Below are positions 60,249 to 64,000 of a stretch of 64,000 bases of DNA, piece after piece. The position numbers and the translations under genes were made by a program. The notes beneath the pieces are model-generated. The model did not search any database. It had not been told where the DNA came from and saw only the letters and a program-made list of their open reading frames with translations. This stretch comes from Macrostomum lignano (Eukaryota). The DNA lies in assembly GCA_002269645.1 (NCBI GenBank), contig NIVC01000100.1, forward strand, positions 558,001 through 622,000. The letters run 5' to 3'. Position 1 is the stretch's first letter. Each line of letters opens with the position of its first letter.

Positions 60249-63200
60249 TCTTATATACTAAATCTCTAATCTATGTCCGTGTAAAACGCTCCACAGACTG
60301 CAATTCTTGACCAATTTCGATCGCGTTTTCACCAAAAAATTGCAACTCAGCCAAGGATTGTATGGTTAACATTTCTTTTATCTGCTTCAATTCTAAAGGT
60401 CTTAAATATTCAAAAAACTGTATTTTCCCTATCTAATTAGTGTATTTTTCTCGCAGTGAGAGCTCGAAAAATAATAATCCGTCCATGGCCATAGACTAAA
60501 CTTCAATTTCTCTTCAATTTCAAGACTGAGCTGATGCTACTCAGTTTTTCATACTATATACACCATTATATATCTTACATTGTGTTCTTACGCTGTTGAG
60601 GCATCTGAGTCAACTTCGTCTCACTCAACCATAGACCATAGGAATCTTCCTGTACATCGGTGTGAGAGGATGTTAAAAGATCGCAGCTTCCAAAGTAGTG
60701 AGAAAGAGAACTGCATTACTAAGCTTTCATCGAGTCGCGTATGTTGATAGACATCGTTTTATAATTGATATGCTTTCCCTGTTCTTACACTCCTACCATT
60801 TTACATTGTACTTCGTACTGTTACATTGTTGCGATAGAAACATTTATATTTACAATGGCTAAGCGCGCTAAAAGTGCCCTGCAAAAGAGTCGGAAAGCAA
60901 AGCGACGTCGCCAAGAGGAGACTGCTGATGCTCGCGAGCAGCGCCTGAAGGACAATCGGGAGCGCTCAGCTCAACGGAGGGCGGTCGAGTCGGTAGAAGA
61001 GCGGGAAGCCCGTCTGAAAGACGACCAGGAACGCTCAGCTCAGCGGAGGGCGGTCGAGTCGGTAGAAGAGCGGGAAGCCCGTCTGAAAAATTTACAGCAA
61101 CGCTCAAGTGGGCGAATGGCCAACGAATCTGATTTGCAGAGAGAGAACCGGTTGAGGTCGAGCCAATTGCGGTATCGAGCAAGTCTTCAGCCGGAACGAA
61201 GCTTCAGGTGGGATTTTCAAAAATTTAGTTCAACATTTTCTTACTTTAGGCATTTTTCTGGCTTCAATTTCGTTCAAGATATCTTTAGGTAATTGGATAA
61301 TTATTACTTCCTTAAAACCTAAAAATTCGAATTTATAGCTTTTCTGTTTTTTGTGTGAAGTATGTTCTTATGTTCTAGGAATGGCCATTTTTAAAGGAGC
61401 AATGGTGTCAATTTTTGCTAACTCTGTGAATCCCACAGCCTTGAGCAACTGTCTAGCAGTGTGCCACTAAGTGCAACTCAAGTGACCAGGGTCCGTGGGG
61501 ATGGCAACTGCTGGTTTCATGCCATTTCAGACCAGCTTACTGGCACACCAATCTGCATGGACCATCAGCAGCTGCGACAGACAATTGCCAAAAATGCACG
61601 ACCACTGCTAGAAGCACAGCAGGCCAACCTCGAGGCTATTGGCCTGACGGTGGATACAGTTATTGCTGAGACTCGGCAGAATGGAGTTGATGTGCATGAG
61701 CATATTGTACCGATTTTGAATCAAATCTTAGATGTAGACTATGTCATCTACCAGTATGCTGACCATGACAGAAGTCAGCTACAGCTGGTCCAGCAAGTGT
61801 CCGCGGCTAGACGGCCTGCAGCTGCGGTTGTACAGCTTGTCTATGACCGGCAGAGTGAGCACTATGAGTCTCTGCGCCTGACAACCCCTGGGTGAGTTTC
61901 AGTACCCATCATGATTTTCATTTCCATCTTCAAGTTACGGATTTCCATGTTTTCTTTGCATTTATGGTTAGAGGCTCATCAACTATGGCGCCGCCAAGTT
62001 TCTCAGCTTCAGAGTTTCATGAACGATCTTCTGAGCCAGAGTTTGTGGATAATGAGTCTGGGTGAGGAGCGTGAAAAATTCTTCCTTATTGCCAGTATAA
62101 ATTGACATTTTGTTCAAATTGAACAAATATATTGTATCCTGTACAAAGGGTATTGTGAATGGCCGTGGTAAAATTATTTTTCCGCATTTCCTGCACAGTC
62201 TGCACAACTTGGCTCACTCAACGCCTCTACGGCCAAGTGCTGCTAGGAATTATCATGTGCCCACCACCAGTGTTGCGTCAGATGCTACTGAATTTTCAGA
62301 TGACGATACTGGGTAAGTTATATTAATGGTTTTAATGGTATGCTTACGACTCGAAAGTGTACAAATACGTACAAATACGTACAAATTATTTGACTCAAAT
62401 AAGAGTAGTGTGGGTAGTTTTATTGCCAATATGAAGCATATCCCGTCGTCAAATATGAGATATTATACTTATATTATACTAATTCGAATAATTTTAAAAC
62501 CTATTTAACTTGAAACTTGTTAACTCTAACTCAAGTTCCATTTGCCTGGTTTTTAATTCTCATGTGTTCGCCTTTTACTCAATAGATCTGATACCGCATA
62601 TAGGCCGGAACCTCAGGCGCATCAACTGGGCCGCATGAGACAGCCATGCCAGCACTGCAATGCCTTGCGTTGGAAGGGAGAGCCTCCAGGTCTCTGCTGT
62701 TCATCCGGCAAGGTGAAGCTGCCCGCAAAGGCTGTGCCGCAGATTCTGCTGGACCTGTTTGTCGGGCGCCACCCTCGGAGCGGTGATTTTGTCGAAAACA
62801 TCAGGAGCTACAACGCTGTGCTACACCTCACAACGATGAAGGCTAACCTGCGTCCGATGAGGGGCTACTGTCCCAACTTCATCCTCAGTGGAGAGCTGTT
62901 CCACAACATCCCGCCTCTGCGTGCTGGAGATTCGGATGTACCTCATGGCTGGCAGGTGTACTTCACCGACAAGGAGCTGGAGAGTCGCCTGCAGCTTAGC
63001 AAGAAGGTGGAACGGGAGCTGCTGAACTTGCTGCAGGCTGTGTTGCATGACTGCAATGAATATGTTCGCAGTCTTAAGGCTACCGCCCAGAGGATTTCGG
63101 AGCAGCCTCAGCTAGGTGACGCTCGTATTGTGATTCATCCTGACCGCCGTCCGCCTGGCGAGCACATTCGGTGAGTCCAGGTGCTGGGTTCTCAATTTAT

Positions 63201-64000
63201 GAACAGTGACGGTGACGTTTATTCATTTTGTACAACAGGTGAATCCTGAGTTAAAGGAGTAATCTGTAAATAAATATATAAATATTTCACCGTTCAATTG
63301 CCTATTTTTCCGTGTAGTCGTACCTACTCTTGAGTCTACATTTGAATGAAAAAACTTTTGCTTCTAGACGCTTGCAAAGGCAGAAAAGTATCTTTCGCAC
63401 GCAAATTTCATTCCCCAGGAGGTACAATCTGCCTGAGGCAAACGAGGTTGGTATCCTCATTGTTGGCGACGTCTCGGATCAGGCGGTTACGTCACGAGAC
63501 GTAGTGATTGAGCTGCGGCATCCTGCCGATGGAACCCAAAGGCGTCCATTGTCAGTCTCGGTAACGCATCGAGCGTATGATCCACTTCAGTACGTGCTGT
63601 TCCTGCCATACGGAGAGGACGGCTGGCACCCGGAACTCCGGATGAACGGAGGCGGCAAGCTGACGCCTCGCAAGTACTACACTAGCGAGATTATGGTGCG
63701 ACCCGGCCAGTTTAATTTGCTTCATTACGGCCGCCGCCTGTTGCAGCAGTACCTGGTTGACCAGTGCGCAAAAATTGAAGGCGAGAGACTGACTTATCTC
63801 CGCACCCACCAGGACGATCTCCGCAGCGAGACCTACAGCGGCCTGCGGGACGCGTTGTTTGCTGCTGATGGAGTGCGAAATGATGCCGACCCAAAATCAG
63901 TTGGGAAGCAAGTGTTTCTCTCCTCCAGCTTTGTGGGAGGGCCCCGCTATATGATGGAGCGACTCCAGGATGCGATGGCCTACGTGCACAAATTCGGCAA
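60249..64000 (+). mobile_element. Autonomous-type Helitron B (continues past the right edge)
   Basis: 5' TCTTATATACTAAATCT directly abuts the CTAG of Helitron A; contains the RepHel gene. Confidence 0.92.
60855..64000 (+). CDS. Helitron RepHel protein with N-terminal STPR repeats and OTU domain, partial
   Basis: Exons 60855-61207, 61439-61891 (OTU: GDGNCWFHAIS..EHYES), 61972-62061, 62199-62312, 62586-63170 (CQHCNALRWKGEPPGLCCSSGK, NIRSYN), 63419 to >64000 (DPLQYVLFLPYGEDGW, RLLQQYLVD, SSFVGGPRYM, DAMAYV). Confidence 0.92.

Noticed and set aside
61439-61891. OTU (and RPA) domains as novel Helitron cargo
   Set aside because: Both are already described in Helitrons; only the exon architecture is flagged

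Overview
Eukaryotic (animal) genomic DNA with GT-AG introns and very repeat-rich introns. The style resembles the flatworm Macrostomum, but this is inference only. Host genes: (1) a minus-strand SLC4 bicarbonate transporter (exons traced from about 15.2 kb down to 86, running off the left edge), whose longer introns each hold a different minisatellite plus a SINE and a 5'-truncated RT-RNase H LINE; (2) a three-exon plus-strand TGF-beta/BMP-family ligand (23107-30633) with a poly-Arg prodomain; (3) the 3' exons of an unidentified gene (55678-57785). The rest is a stack of nested transposons. A P element (TIRs, 8-bp TSD) sits inside a Harbinger MITE. A Ty3/gypsy element contains a Harbinger, which contains an uninterrupted Crypton-like tyrosine recombinase gene. 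A second gypsy has an in-frame cold-shock domain between the Gag zinc knuckle and the protease. A third gypsy has triplicated PBS-like motifs and downstream accessory ORFs. There is also a 204-bp foldback, a solo LTR, and head-to-tail Helitrons (STPR-RPA OB fusion; STPR-OTU-RepHel with all phase-2 introns). Top leads: the CSD-bearing gypsy, the Crypton with an apparent empty-site allele in the same window, and the modular Helitron exon cassettes. All assignments come from manual motif reading; no database searches were run.
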